Shown here: positions 25,746 to 38,701 of the stretch, piece by piece
Position numbering within the stretch: the first letter of the stretch is position 1
How the letters are laid out: every line of letters starts with the position of its first letter
Assembly: GCF_963921235.1 (NCBI RefSeq)
Contig: NC_086097.1
Span: 110,300,001 to 110,364,000 of the forward strand
Direction of reading: 5' to 3'
Origin: Mobula hypostoma
Taxonomy: Eukaryota
DNA length: 64,000 nt
Notes under the pieces: model-generated
The model's input: only the letters and a program-made list of their open reading frames with translations
Told to the model about the DNA's origin: nothing
Databases searched by the model: none
Made by a program: the position numbers and the translations under genes

Positions 25746-27770
25746 GGTTCAAGTTCAGATTATAGACAGATATTTATTGATCCCAATGCTGGCTAAGTCT
25801 TCCTAAAGTCCATCACCATTTCTTTTATCTTACTCATGTTGAGCTGCAGATTAGTCAGCTTGCACTATTTGACAAAGACCTCCACCAGAGCCCTGCAATC
25901 ATCCTCCCATCCTCCCTTTATACACTCTACTAATGCTGAGTCATCAGAGAATTTCTGCAGATGACATGACTCAGTGTTGTATCTAAGGTCCGAGGTTCAC
26001 AGGGTAAGCAGGTAAAGAGCCAATACAGTCCCCTGTGGGGCCCCAGTGCTACTTATAGTCATGTCTGACACACAGCTCTGAAGCCGCACAAACTGTGGTT
26101 TGCCAGTCAGGTAGTCCATTATCAGGATACAATGGAAGTGCCAATATGCATTTCCCCCAGCAGTGAGGCTGTATGGTATTGAAGGCACTTGAGAAATCAG
26201 AAAACATAATTCTCACAGTGTTCCCCTGCTTATCTAAATGGGAGTCAGCTCTGTTCAGCAGGTAGATGACAGCATTGTCAACTCTGATTGCTTCTGGTCG
26301 GCAAACTACAGGAGATCGAGGGCTGATCTGACCAGGAGTTGGAGGTGAGCCAGGAACAGCCTTTCTAGGGTCTTCATGACGTGTGAGGTCAGAGCCACTG
26401 GATGGTCGTCATTTAGGACTTTCAGTCAGCCCTTCTTAGATACTGGGACCACACACGAGGTTTTTCAGTCAGGACCCTTTCCAGGCTGGGACTCAGATTG
26501 AAAATACACTGGGGAACTCCACACAGCCGCTCAGCACACTCCTTCAGGACCTTGGAGTTCACACCATCCAGTCCCAATGCTTTGCCGTGTCTGAGTTTCC
26601 CCAGAGCCCTTCTCCCTGCTCAGTGGTGAAGGTGAGTCCATGATGACTGTGAAGATGATGCAGAGTAGGGTTGGGGGAGGTGAAGATCGGGATGATAGCA
26701 GTTGGTATGTGGAGGTGTGGATGGTAGTTTAGGGCAAGGAGGGGATGTAGATAGTGGTAGCCTGTGTTGTTCATCCACATGTTGAATTCTAGGGAGAGGA
26801 TGGAGGAGGGGAGGCGTTGGTGCTGAGGGATGGGCGCCTCGTCACCTGGACTGGTGTGCTGAGGGGTGTGTGAATAGGAGGACAATTGTCAAACCTATTG
26901 AAGAATTAGTTTAACTCATTACCCCACTCACAGCTGCATTCTGAGGCTGTACAGCTCGGCTGATTGAAGCCAGTGATGTTCTTCATACCTCTCCACTCCT
27001 CCTGAGTGCTTCTCTGTCCAAGCTTGTTCTTCATCTCTCTCCTGTGTTCCTCTTTAGTCACCTTGATCTTCTCCTTCAGCTCCCTCGGAACATGTTTCAA
27101 TTCCTCCCTCTCTCCTGATCTAAAGGCTGTCTTTTTGTGGTTGAGAAGAGCCTTTAGATCACTGATGATCCATGGTTTGTTGTTAGGGAAGCAGTGAACA
27201 GTTCTTGATGGTATTGCAGTGTCCCCACAGAAACTGATGTAGCCAGTGATGCAATCATTCAGACCATTAATGTCCTCCCCAAATGGTTCACAAAGCACAT
27301 TCCAGTCAGTAACCTCAAAGCAACCCTTCAAGGCCTCAATTGCTCAACTTTAATTTTCATTCTACCATACATATGAATACAGCCAAATGAAACAACGTTC
27401 CCCTGGGACCAAGGTGAAAAACACAGTACCAACAGCACACACCACACAGCACATACAGTTATGATAGCGAAAAACATACAGTCACAAAAAATATATTGCC
27501 CTGTCCCTGTATGTAATGGCCTGTAGATTGATGGCGCATGGGTGTTGATGCACGAGCAAGCACACAGCATTGCTTGTCATGCGCTAGTGCAGCTGCCGAT
27601 GATCACCATCCAGCCTGTCTTCCACCGAGCGAGCACTGGAGAGCAGCAACGATGGGACGAGCCAGCCTCAACTCAGCACTGACTCCAGCCCTCTCCCACA
27701 CCACCTCTGGCATCTCATCCCCTGGGCAGCTGCAACAGGCAACCAGTAGCATGAAGGCGTGATCCGTGCA
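25746..27770 (-). mobile_element. Rex1/Babar-like LINE fragment plus associated repeat
   Basis: ORFs 25997-26188 (TGAPQGTVLA) and 26906-27331 (CFPNNKPWI). KFSDDS-like region at about 25940. Confidence 0.75.
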
Positions 27771-28297
27771 ACAACCAAGGTCACACAGCTTCCCCACTGT
27801 CAGTATCACCAATGAACCAGTGAATCAGACTTGCAGTATTCTACATTATCAATGCCCAACAGGGTCTTACGATCACAAGAGAAACACCTAAGACAATTAC
27901 TTGCACCGTTTGTTGGACTGCGCATTGCCTCCATGCACACCACCACAGAAGATGCAAAGGATGAACAATTACACCTTTGTTTGGACCCGGAGGGGCCACT
28001 ATGACCGAGCATGCCACCACCTCACTGAAAGGAACCCACCACCTCACCAGAAGAGTGAAATAGTGGGTTTGTGAGTTTCATCTGGGAGCTTACAGTGACA
28101 AATGCATTATAAACAATGTAAGTGAATGGCCCTATTCACAGGAGAGGAGGCCACTATACACACTAACATATATTGACAAAACATTCATTACAATAAGTCT
28201 GGAAGTGGATGGCCACGGACTGGAAGATATTTGCATGATACATGGAAGCAGAGCTTCTTCAGTGGGTACCAGCTGCTGTGGCTGGGCTTTCACAAAT

Positions 28298-28436
28298 CAA
28301 AGTCAAAGTAAAATGTATTGTCAAAGTACGTATATGCTAGCTACCATGTACTACCTGGAGATGCATTTTCTTGCAGGCATTAACAGAAAAATAAAGAAAT
28401 ACAATAGAATGTATGTAAAACTATGAATAAGTAAAT
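28298..28436 (-). mobile_element. Short LINE-type 3'UTR insertion
   Basis: caaagtcaaagtaaaatgtattgtcaaagtac is shared with the repeat ends at 7098, 30815, 51800, 56345 and 63660. Flanked by AAAT (28294-28297, 28433-28436). Confidence 0.6.
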
Positions 28437-28763
28437 GTCCACCAAAGGATTTCTTTCCTGCACATTGCATCAGTTGCCCATTCGTTTTCTCAACATTCAG
28501 GAAGCTGAAACTTTCACAAGTGAGATGCGGTTCAAATCATCAGAATACCATGATTACCTTGACATGTATTCAGTTCATGAAACTTCCGTAATATCAGATT
28601 AATTGCTCAGAGTCATCACCTATTCGCTCAGCTAGAATTGGGTGACACCCTGGAATGGAAAGGAAGGATACCTTTCTTCCTCCTAATTCACAAGCCTGTA
28701 GAGGTTGAGGTCCGTGAGAGCGCGATTACTCTTCCTCTCCACTTATGCCTCTCTGTCTACTAG

Positions 28764-29395
28764 TTTAGATTATGAGAACACTCAATCCTCTTTTATTGTC
28801 ATTTAGAAATGCAAACAAGACAGACCAAAGACTAACACTGACAAAACCACATAACTATAACATATAGTTACAGCAGTGCAAAGCAATACCATAATTTGAT
28901 AAAGAACAGACCATAGGCACAGTAAAAAAAAAGTTCTCAAAGTCCCGAGACGATCGACTCCCAAGTCTCCGATAGCAGGCGGCAAACGGGAGAAACTCCC
29001 TGCCATAAACCTCCAGGCACCGTCAACTTGCCGATACCTTGGAAGCAGCCGACCTCAGCCGACCCTGAGTCCAACCATCCGAAAACTCCGAGCTTCTGAG
29101 CAGCCTCTCCGATACAGCCTCCAGAGCGCCATCCTCTGCCGAGCGCCTTCGACCTCTCCCCGGCCGCTGAAACACGCAAAGCCAAGGATTTCAAGGCCTT
29201 CAGCTCCAGAGATTCCAGTTACCACACACTAGCAGCAGCAGCAAAGCAGTCATTTCAGAAGTTTTCCAGATGTTCCACTGTGCCCTCACGTCTGTCTCCA
29301 TCAAATCAGGATTGCGCATGATCCCCTACTTGACAAGTAACAGACATCATCGCCAGAGTGGTCGTGTGTGCTGTCGTCGTGCCGCCATCTTGTCC
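28764..29395 (-). mobile_element. Non-autonomous LINE-derived element (~630 bp)
   Basis: The minus strand starts CAAGATGGCGGC, has a CpG-rich body, then AATAAA and a tctaaa-type tail. Non-coding. Confidence 0.55.
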
Positions 29396-30814
29396 CCCCT
29401 CCTGGGAGGAGACCAAAAAGCTACCAACACACAAACCTAGCAGTGTGTTACTGGGTAGAGATTGCAGCTGAAGAACAGGAGTCCTGATGCGATTAAACCC
29501 CAGTAAATACCTGACGTTCATTGAGTGAACTATGCTGCTTCACATATAAGAAAGTGTTAGGCACTGCAAATGTACCTGTGATAGGTGAGAGGAAGGAAAT
29601 AATCAACTTCTCTCTGTCATCAGATGTTCGGTGATGCAAATAGAAATCCCATCATATCATTATGCTTGCCCTCAGTAAAACAAAAATATCTTGGACAGAT
29701 GATGACAGAAATTAAAAAGAAAAACATTCTATACATCATATGTGTTAGTCACAGGATTTTTGTTTACTGTTGCAGTTATTAAATATTCATTATATAGATT
29801 TACCCAGGGTGCCTCGGCATGATGGGCCTAAGTAACTGTACAAAACTGGATCAGCACTGAGCTTCTCCGCATCCCCGAGGTGTCAACCAAATGGATCATG
29901 ATACGATTGGACTTTCTCCTCCTTGAATGATAGCTTGAATTAAATCACATTACGGCATTCACACACTATTATGCTGTTTACTGAATCTGGGTAGTTACAC
30001 ATTGCTAAATCAAATGGGTTCTATTTCCATAAGATAAGATATAGGAGCATAATCAGGTCATTTGGCTTATCACATCAGCTCCACCATTTTATCATGACTG
30101 ATCTATCTTCTCCTCAGCCCCAATCTCCTACCTTCTCTCCATATCCCTTCATGCTCTGACTAATCAAAAATCTATCAACTTCTGCCGTAAATATACCCGA
30201 TGACGTGTCCTCCACACCCACCTGTGGAAACAAATTGCACAGATTCACCACTCTCCGGCTAAAGAAATTCCACCTCCACCTCATCTCCTTATGAAATGGA
30301 CACTCCACTATTCTGAGGCTGTGTCCTCTGTTCTTAGACTCTCCCACCATAGGAAACATCCTCTCCACATCTACTTATCGAGGCCTTTCGACATTCGATA
30401 GGTTTCAATAAGCACTCTTCATTATTCTGAATTCCAGTGAATACCGGCCCAGAGCCATCAAATGCTCCTGATATGATAAGCCTTTCAATCCCAGAATCAT
30501 TTTCGTGAACCTCCTTTGAAACCTTTCCAATGTCACCACATCGTTTCTTAGATAAGGGGCCCAAAACTGCTCACAGTACTTCAAGTGAGGCCTCACCAGT
30601 GTTTTATAAAGCCTCAACATTACACCCTTGCTTTCATATTCTAGTCCTCTTGAAATGAATGTTAACAAAGCACTTGTTTTTCTCATCACTGAGGCAACCT
30701 GCAAATTAACCTTTAGGAACCAGAAAAGGCTCCCTTTCTTCCCACTCTTTGCCTCCTGCCAATCAGCCAATGCTCTATCCACGCTAATATCTTTCCTGTA
30801 AAACACGGCCTCTT

Positions 30815-33800
30815 CAAAGTTCAAAGTACATTAATTATCAAAGTATATATACATTATACAACCTTGAGACTCCTCTCCTTATAGGCAGCCACAAAAAGGA
30901 AACTCAAAAGAACCCATTTAAAAAGAATGACAAACACCCATTGTGCAGAGAGAGAGAAAAAAAACAAATTGTGCAAACAATAAAAGTAAGCAAATAGCAC
31001 TGAGAATGAAAGTGAGTCCCCAAACACGAAGCCCGGAGCAGCTGGAGCAGGCCACAGCGTCAGACTCATTTCAGTACATAGCGGAGTAAGCACCACGTAG
31101 CCCACAGACACGAAGCACCACGTAGCCCACAGACACGAAGCACCACGTAGCCCACAGATACAAAGCACCACGTAGCCCACAGACACGAGGCACCACGTAG
31201 CCCTCAGACACGAAGCACCACGTAGCCCTCAGACATGAAGCACAACGTAGCCCTCAGACACGAAGCACCACATAGCCCACAGATACAAAGCACCACGTAG
31301 CCCTCAGATACAAAGCACCACATAGCCCTCAGATACAAAGCACCACATAGCCCACAGATACAAAGCACCACATAGCCCACAGACACGAAGCACCACGTAG
31401 CCCATAGACACGAAGCACAACGTAGCCCTCAGACACGAAGCACCACGTAGCCCACAGACACGAGGCACCACGTAGCCCCCAGACACGAAGCACCACGTAG
31501 CCCTCAGACACGAAGCACCACATAGCCCACAGATACAAAGCACCACATAGCCCACAGACACGAAGCACCACGTAGCCCACAGATACAAAGCACCACATAG
31601 CCCTCAGACATGAAGCACCACATAGCCCACAGACACGAAGTACCACGTAGCCCTCAGACACGAAGCACCACATAGCCCACAGATACAAAGCACCACATAG
31701 CCCTCAGACATGAAGCACCACATAGCCCATAGACACGAAGCACAACGTAGCCCACAGACATGAAGCACCACGTAGCCCACAGACACGAAACACCACATAG
31801 CCCTCAGATACAAAGCACCACGTAGCCCTCAGATACAAAGCACCACATAGCCCTCAGATACAAAGCACCACGTAGCCCTCAGATACAAAGCACCACATAG
31901 CCCTCAGATACAAAGCACAATGTAGCCCTCAGACACGAAGCACCACATAGCCCACAGATACAAAGCACCACATAGCCCTCAGATACAAAGCACCACGTAG
32001 CCCTCAGATACAAAGCACAACGTAGCCCTCAGACACGAAGTACCACGTAGCCCTCAGATACAAAGCACCACATAGCCCTCAGATACAAAGCACCACGTAG
32101 CCCTCAGATACAAAGCACCACGTAGCCCACAGACACGAAGCACCACGTAGCCCACAGACACGAAGCACCACGTAGCCCACAGATACAAAGCACCACGTAG
32201 CCCACAGATACAAAGCACCACGTAGCCCACAGACACGAGGCACCACGTAGCCCTCAGACACGAAGCACCACGTAGCCCTCAGACATGAAGCACAACGTAG
32301 CCCTCAGACACGAAGCACCACATAGCCCTCAGATACAAAGCACCACGTAGCCCTCAGATACAAAGCACCACATAGCCCTCAGATACAAAGCACCACATAG
32401 CCCACAGACACGAAGCACCACGTAGCCCATAGACACGAAGCACAACGTAGCCCTCAGACACGAAGCACCACGTAGCCCACAGACACGAGGCACCACGTAG
32501 CCCCCAGACACGAAGCACAATGTAGCCCTCAGACACGAAGCACCACATAGCCCACAGATACAAAGCACCACATAGCCCTCAGATACAAAGCACCACGTAG
32601 CCCTCAGATACAAAGCACAACGTAGCCCTCAGACACGAAGTACCACGTAGCCCTCAGATACAAAGCACCACATAGCCCTCAGATACAAAGCACCACGTAG
32701 CCCTCAGATACAAAGCACCACGTAGCCCTCAGATACAAAGCACCACGTAGCCCTCAGATACAAAGCACCACGTAGCCCTCAGATACAAAGCACCACATAG
32801 CCCTCAGATACAAAGCACCACATAGCCCTCAGATACAAAGCACAACGTAGCCCTCAGACACGAAGCACCACATAGCCCTCAGATACAAAGCACCACATAG
32901 CCCTCAGATACAAAGCACCACATAGCCCACAGACATGAAGCACCACATAGCCCTCAGATACAAAGCACCACGTAGCCCACAGACACGAAGCACCACGTAG
33001 CCCACAGACATGAAGCACCACATAGCCCTCAGACACGAAGCACCACGTAGCCCTCAGACACAAAGCAGCACATAGCCCATAGACACGAAGCACCACGTAG
33101 CCCACAGATACAAAGCACTACGTAGCCCAGAGATACAAAGCACCACATAGCCCACAGATACAAAGCACCACGTAGCCCTCAGACACGAAGCACCACATAG
33201 CCCACAGACACGAAGCACAACGTAGCCCTCAGACACGAGGCACCACGTAGCCCTCAGACACGAGGCACCACGTAGCCCTCAGACACGAGGCACCACATAG
33301 CCCACAGACACGAAGCACAACGTAGCCCTCAGACACGAGGCACCACATAGCTCACAGATACAAAGCACCACGTAGCCCACAGACACGAAGCACCACGTAG
33401 CCCACAGACACGAAGCACCACATAGCCCATAGACACAAAGCACCACGTAGCCCTCAGACACAAAGCACCACGTAACCCACAGACATGAAGCACCACATAG
33501 CCCATAGACACAAAGCACCACGTAGCCCTCAGACACGAAGCACCACATAGCCCACAGACACGAAGCACCACGTAGCCCACAGACATGAAGCACCACATAG
33601 CCCATAGACACGAAGCACCACATAGCCCACAGACACGAAGCACCACATAGCCCATAGACACAAAGCACCACGTAGCCCTCAGATACAAAGCACCACGTAG
33701 CCCACAGACATGAAGCACCACCTAGCCCACAGACACGAAGCACCACATAGCCCTCAGATACAAAGCAGCACGTAGCCCTCAGACACGAAATACCACATAG

Positions 33801-34240
33801 CCCACAGACACGAAGCACCACATAGCCCACAGACATGAAGTACCACGTAGCCCACAGACAGGAAGCACCACATAGCCCAGAGACACAAAGTACCACGTAG
33901 CCCACAGACACGAAGCACCACATAGCCCATAGACACGAAATACCACATAGCCCACAGACACGAAGCACCACATAGCCCACAGACATGAAGCACCACATAG
34001 CCCACAGACACGAAGCACCATATAGCCCACAGACACGAAGCACCACATAGCCCTCAGACATGAAACTGGAGCAGCCGAGCCAAGCTACAACCTCAGCCTC
34101 AGTGAAGAGCAGAGTAAACGCTGTGGAGCAGTGAGCAGAACTGGCCTGACCTTCACCTCTGCTCCCAACACCCGGCCTTTCAATCCATCTGGCCTAGCGT
34201 TTAAATCATCAAAACATCACGTCATTCCTCGCTCTAAGAC
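30815..34240 (-). mobile_element. Non-autonomous LINE-tail element hosting minisatellite 1
   Basis: The flanks are homologous to 51800-52180 and to 56345-56847/61160-61602. Confidence 0.6.
31088..34062. repeat. 25-bp minisatellite, 119 units, consensus AAGCACCACRTAGCCCWCAGAYACR
   Basis: Directly visible; 2975 bp with variant units and no length variants seen. Confidence 0.98.
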
Positions 34241-35120
34241 TCTTAACTTGTTCAGCAGCCTCATGTGTAGCACCTTGTCAAAGGCCTTCTGAAAATCCAA
34301 GTACACAATATCCACTGATTGTCTTTTGTCTATCCTCCTTACTACTTTTTCAAAGATTTCCAATAAATTGGTCAGGCAAGATTTTCCCTTAAGGAGACCA
34401 TTTTATCAACCTATTTTATCATGTGCCTCCAAACAACTTGAAACCACATCCTTAACAATTGACTCCAACATCTTCCTAACCACTGAGGTCAGACTAACTG
34501 AGGTCAGACATAATATTCTATCTTTTGTCTCTCTCCTTTTTTGAAGAGTGGAGTGACATTTGCAATCTCCCAGTCCTCCAAAACAATGGCAGTATCCATT
34601 GATTCTTGAAAGATCATTACAATCTCTTTCAGCCACCTCTTTCAGAACCTTGGGGTGTAGACCACCTGATCCAAGTGACTTATCTACCTCCAGACCTTTC
34701 AGTTTCCCAAACACCTTATCCCGAGTAATGGCAACTTCACCCACTTCTGCCCCCGACACTCTTCAACTTCCGGCATACTGCTAATGTCTTTGACAGTGAA
34801 GACTGATGCAAAATACTTATTCACTTCATCTGACATTTCCTTGTTCCCCATTACTGGAAATATGATATCTACTCTCACCTCTCTTTTACACTTTATACAT
34901 CTGAAGAAATTTGTGGGATCCTCTGTAATATTATTGGTTAGTTTACCTTCATTCTCCATCTTTCCTTTCCTTATGACTTTTTTAATTGACTCCTGTTAGT
35001 TTTTAAAAGCTTCCAAATCTTTTAACTTCCCATTAATTTTTGCTCTATTATACACCCTCTTTTTGGCTTTTACATGGCTTTGATTTCTCATCAGCCACAG
35101 TTGCTTCATCCTGCTTTTCA

Positions 35121-38100
35121 AATAGAACATAGAACATTGAAACCCACAGCACATTACAGGCCCTTCGGCCTACAACGTTGTGCCGACCATGTATCCTGCT
35201 CCACAAAATGCCGAGAATTTCCCCACCATATAGTCCTCTATTTTTCTAAGCTCCACGTATATCTTTACAAGTTTCTTAAAAGACCCAGTGTATCCTTCTC
35301 TACCACCATCACCAGCCGTGTATTCCACACATCCATCATTCTCTCTCTGAAGAACTTACCTCTGACATCCCCCTTGTACCTACTTCCAAGCACCTTAAAA
35401 CTATACCCCCTTGTGTTATCCATTTTAGCCCTGGGGAAAAGCCTCTGGCTATCCACACAATCAATGACTCTCATCGTCTTATACACCTCTATCAGGTCAC
35501 CTCTCATCCTCCATCACTCCAAGGAGAAATGGCCAAGTTCACTCAACCTGTTCTCATAAGGTACACTCTCCAATCCAGGCATCATCCTTGTAAGTCTCCT
35601 CTGCAGTCTCTCTATAGTATCCACATCCTTCCTCTAGAAGTGACCAGAACTGAACACAATACTGTAAGTGGGGTGTAACTAAGGTTTTATATAGCTATGG
35701 CATCACCTCACGGCTCTTGAACTCAGTCCCATGGTTGATGAAGGCCAACACACCATATGCCTTCAACACTGTCAACACTGTCAGCTCGAGCAACAACTTT
35801 GAGTGTCCTATGGACTCAGACCCTAAGATCTCTCTGCCCTTTCACACTGCCAAGAGCATTGCCATTTATATTATATTCTGTCTTCAAATTTGACCTACCA
35901 AAATGAACCATTTCACACTTATGTGGGATGAACTCCACCTGCCTCTTCTCACCCCATTCTGCATCGTATCAATGTCCTGCTGTAATGTCTGACAACCCTC
36001 CAGACTATCCACAACACCACAAACTTTTGCGTCATCAGCAAACTTACTAACCCACCCTTCTACATCCTTATCTAGGTCATTGATAAAAATCACAAAGAGG
36101 AAAGGTCCCAGAATAGATCCCTGTGGAACACCACTGGTCACTGACCTCCATGCAGAATGCAAACCATCTACAACTACCCTTTGCCTTCAGTGGAAAAGCC
36201 AGTTCTGGATCCACAAAGTGAGGTCTCCTTTGATCCCATGTCTCCTTACTTTCTGAATGAGCCTTGTAGGGGGAACCTCATCAAATGCCTTACTGAAATC
36301 TATATATACTACATCCATTGCTCTACCTTCATTAATGTGTTTTGTTACATCCTGAAAAAACTCAATCAGGCTTGTAATGCCCAACCTGTCCTTGACAAAG
36401 CAATGCTGACTATTCCTTATCAGACTATATCTCTCCAAATGCTCATAAATCCTGCCTCTCAGAATCTTCTCCAACAACTTTCCCACTGCTGAAATAAGAC
36501 TCTCTAAGATTTTCTGGGTTATCCCTACTCCCTTTCTTGTACAAGGGAACGACATTTGCAACCCTCCAATCCTTCGGTACTTCTCCCATCCCTATTGATG
36601 ATTCAAAGATCATCACCACAGGCTCAGAAATCTCCTCCCTCACTTTCCTCAGTAGCCTATGTATACCGCATCCAGACCCAGCAACTTAGCTAACTTAATG
36701 CTTTTCAAAAGCTCCAACATATCTTCTTTCTTAATGTCTATATGCTCAAACATTTCAGTCTGCTTTAAGTTATCCCCACAATTGCCAAGGTCCTTTTCCC
36801 TGATGAATACTGAAGCAAAGTATTCATTAAGTACCTCCGTTACCTCCTCCAACTACTCCATGCACACATTTCCACTATTGCACCTGATTGGTCCTATTTT
36901 CACATGGCTCATCCTCTTACTCTTCACATACTTGTAGAATGCCTTTGGGTTTTCTTCAATCCTGTTCAGCAAGGCCTTCTCATGGCCTGTTCCAGCTCTC
37001 CTAATTTCATTCTTAAGCTCCAACCTTGCAATTTTCTAGAACTCTATCAGAACCTTCATAAGTTTATCTCTTCTTCTTAACTAGATATTCTACATCCTTT
37101 CTACACCATGGTTCTTTAACATTCTCCTGCCTCAATGGAATATTTCTGCCATGCATTTCCCTGAAAACATTTGCTCCTAATTTATGTTCCCAAGTTCCTG
37201 CCTAATATTCCCCCTACCCTAATTAAATGTTTTCCCAAATTGTCTGCTCCTATCCCTCCCCAGTGCTATCATAAAGGAGATAAGAGTTGTGATCACTACC
37301 TCCAAAATGCTCTCCCACCAAGAGATCTGACACCTGACCAGGTTCATTTCCCAATACCAGATCAAGTATAGCCTCTCCTCTAGTTGGGTTATCTACATAT
37401 TGCATCAGGAAACCTTCCCTTGTTCTAAGGAGATGCCAGTCAATATTAGGAAATTTTAAATCATCCATCACAACAACCCTATTATTATTGCACCATTCCA
37501 GAATCTGCCTCCCTATCTGCTCCTCGATATCGCAGGGGTCTATAAAAAACTCCCAGTAGAGTTATTTTTAAAGTCTGTCCTGAGCCTTGTGGCCCATCAT
37601 GCTGGTGCTTATGCCGGTTTCTGTGGCGTGAAGCGACTGAGAGTACAAGACTCCCCCCCTCAAGATTGGATGCCAGTCTATCGTGAGCATTTGCCCCCAG
37701 CATTTGCCAGTACCCATTTTCAGCTGGGTGGACTGGAACAGTGTGTGGTTAAGTGCCTTGCTCAAAGACACAACACGCTGCCTTGGCTGAGACTCGAACC
37801 CATGACCTTCAGATCCTGAGCCCAACGCCCTAACCGCTTGGCCACGCGCTACAGTAGAATTATTGCCCTCTTCCTATATCTGACTTCCACCTACAATGAC
37901 TCAGTAGACAATCCCTCTATGACTTGTTCATTTTCTGCTGCTGTGATACCATCTCTGATTAGCAATACCATTCTCTCAGCTCTTTTACCTCCCTCCCTGT
38001 CCTTTTTGAAACATCTGAAGTCCAGCACACTCAGCAGCCATTTCTGCCCCTGAGATATCCAAGTCTCTGTAATGGCCACAATGTCATAGTTCCACATATT

Positions 38101-38410
38101 GATCCATGCTCTAAGTTAATCCGCCTTATTTATGATACTCCTTGCGTTAAAATAGACTCATCTCAAACTGTCTGGCTGAGTACATCATTGCTCTATCATC
38201 TGCCCATCCTTCCCCACAAACTCCCTATAAACTGACACTACTTGTGCGCCAACTGCCCCATCCTCTGCCTCTGCCTCTTCACTTCTGTTCCCACCACCCT
38301 GCAAATCTAGTTTAAACCTTCCCCAACAGCATTAGCAAACCTCCCTCCCAGGATATTGGTTCCCCTCCAGTTCAGGTGCAACCTATCCCACTTGTACAGG
38401 TCACCCCTTG
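35121..38410 (-). mobile_element. CR1 LINE ORF2 (EN to 3' end), decayed
   Basis: ORFs 37891-38097 (YDIVAITETW), 37250-37471 (PTRGEAILDLVL), 36187-36561 and 35884-36162 (GVPQGSILGP, KFADD). Confidence 0.9.
37567..37851 (-). mobile_element. Full-length tRNA-derived SINE with CORE-like domain
   Basis: A box TGGCCAAGCGG, B box GGTTCGAGTC, the CORE-like tgtctttgagcaaggcacttaac and an A tail. TSD CAGTAGARTTATT (37554-37566, 37852-37864). Confidence 0.85.
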
Positions 38411-38456
38411 CTATGTCACCTCTTTCTAATGATTTATGACTTTTAATGATCTCCTT

Positions 38457-38701
38457 TGGCCAGCTGGTGGTGCAGTGAGATCAGCACTGGACTCTGGAGC
38501 GAAGGTTCCAGAATTCAAATCCAGGTTAGGCCACCCCCGAGCATGATCTCCATCTGTGCCGGGTTGAGTGTCGAGCTAGCCACTCAGCCTTGTAAAAAGA
38601 AGAGTCGAGTCAGGAACGTTCATAACGTGACACAGTTAACCCTGACACCATGTGCCAGACGAGAATGGCTGAATGTCTGGTACGACACGCTTAAAAAAAA
38701 A
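38457..38701 (+). mobile_element. tRNA-derived SINE
   Basis: tRNA-like head, a body shared with 460-597 and a poly(A) end. Confidence 0.7.

Larger units (their letters stand above)
22752..28520 (+). pseudogene. env: Candidate endogenous foamy-like retrovirus env (TM subunit) fossil in five pieces: 22752-23036, 23189-23270, 25373-25745, ~27771-28297, 28437-~28520
   Basis: Manual translation gives collinear motifs NNQLQQYSNLLPD, NDRLLAEG, LSSFRIVLCKAELDWIHM, WQVG/MMYKAFLP, PFQYVKC, MNNYTFVW and LQWVPAAVAGLSQM, which resemble foamy Env TM as recalled. It has multiple stops and frameshifts. Confidence 0.65.
30030..35120 (-). mobile_element. CR1 LINE fragment interrupted by a minisatellite-bearing element
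   Basis: ORFs 30405-30824 (LYKTLVRPHLKYCEQFW), 34406-34759 and 34699-34959. Confidence 0.8.

Noticed and set aside
25529..25765. Ig-domain exon suggested by GQYRCSI
   Set aside because: No other Ig framework residues or splice sites were found, and it lies within the env-like collinear region.
31088..34062. CRISPR-like array or Cys-rich repetitive protein ORFs (up to 260 aa)
   Set aside because: The units are head-to-tail with no unique spacers, there are no cas genes and the context is eukaryotic. The ORFs are by-products of a 25-bp period.
37770..37851. tRNA gene (also 460-535 and 38457-38535)
   Set aside because: A/B boxes are present but continue into SINE bodies with tails or TSDs, and no convincing cloverleaf was seen.
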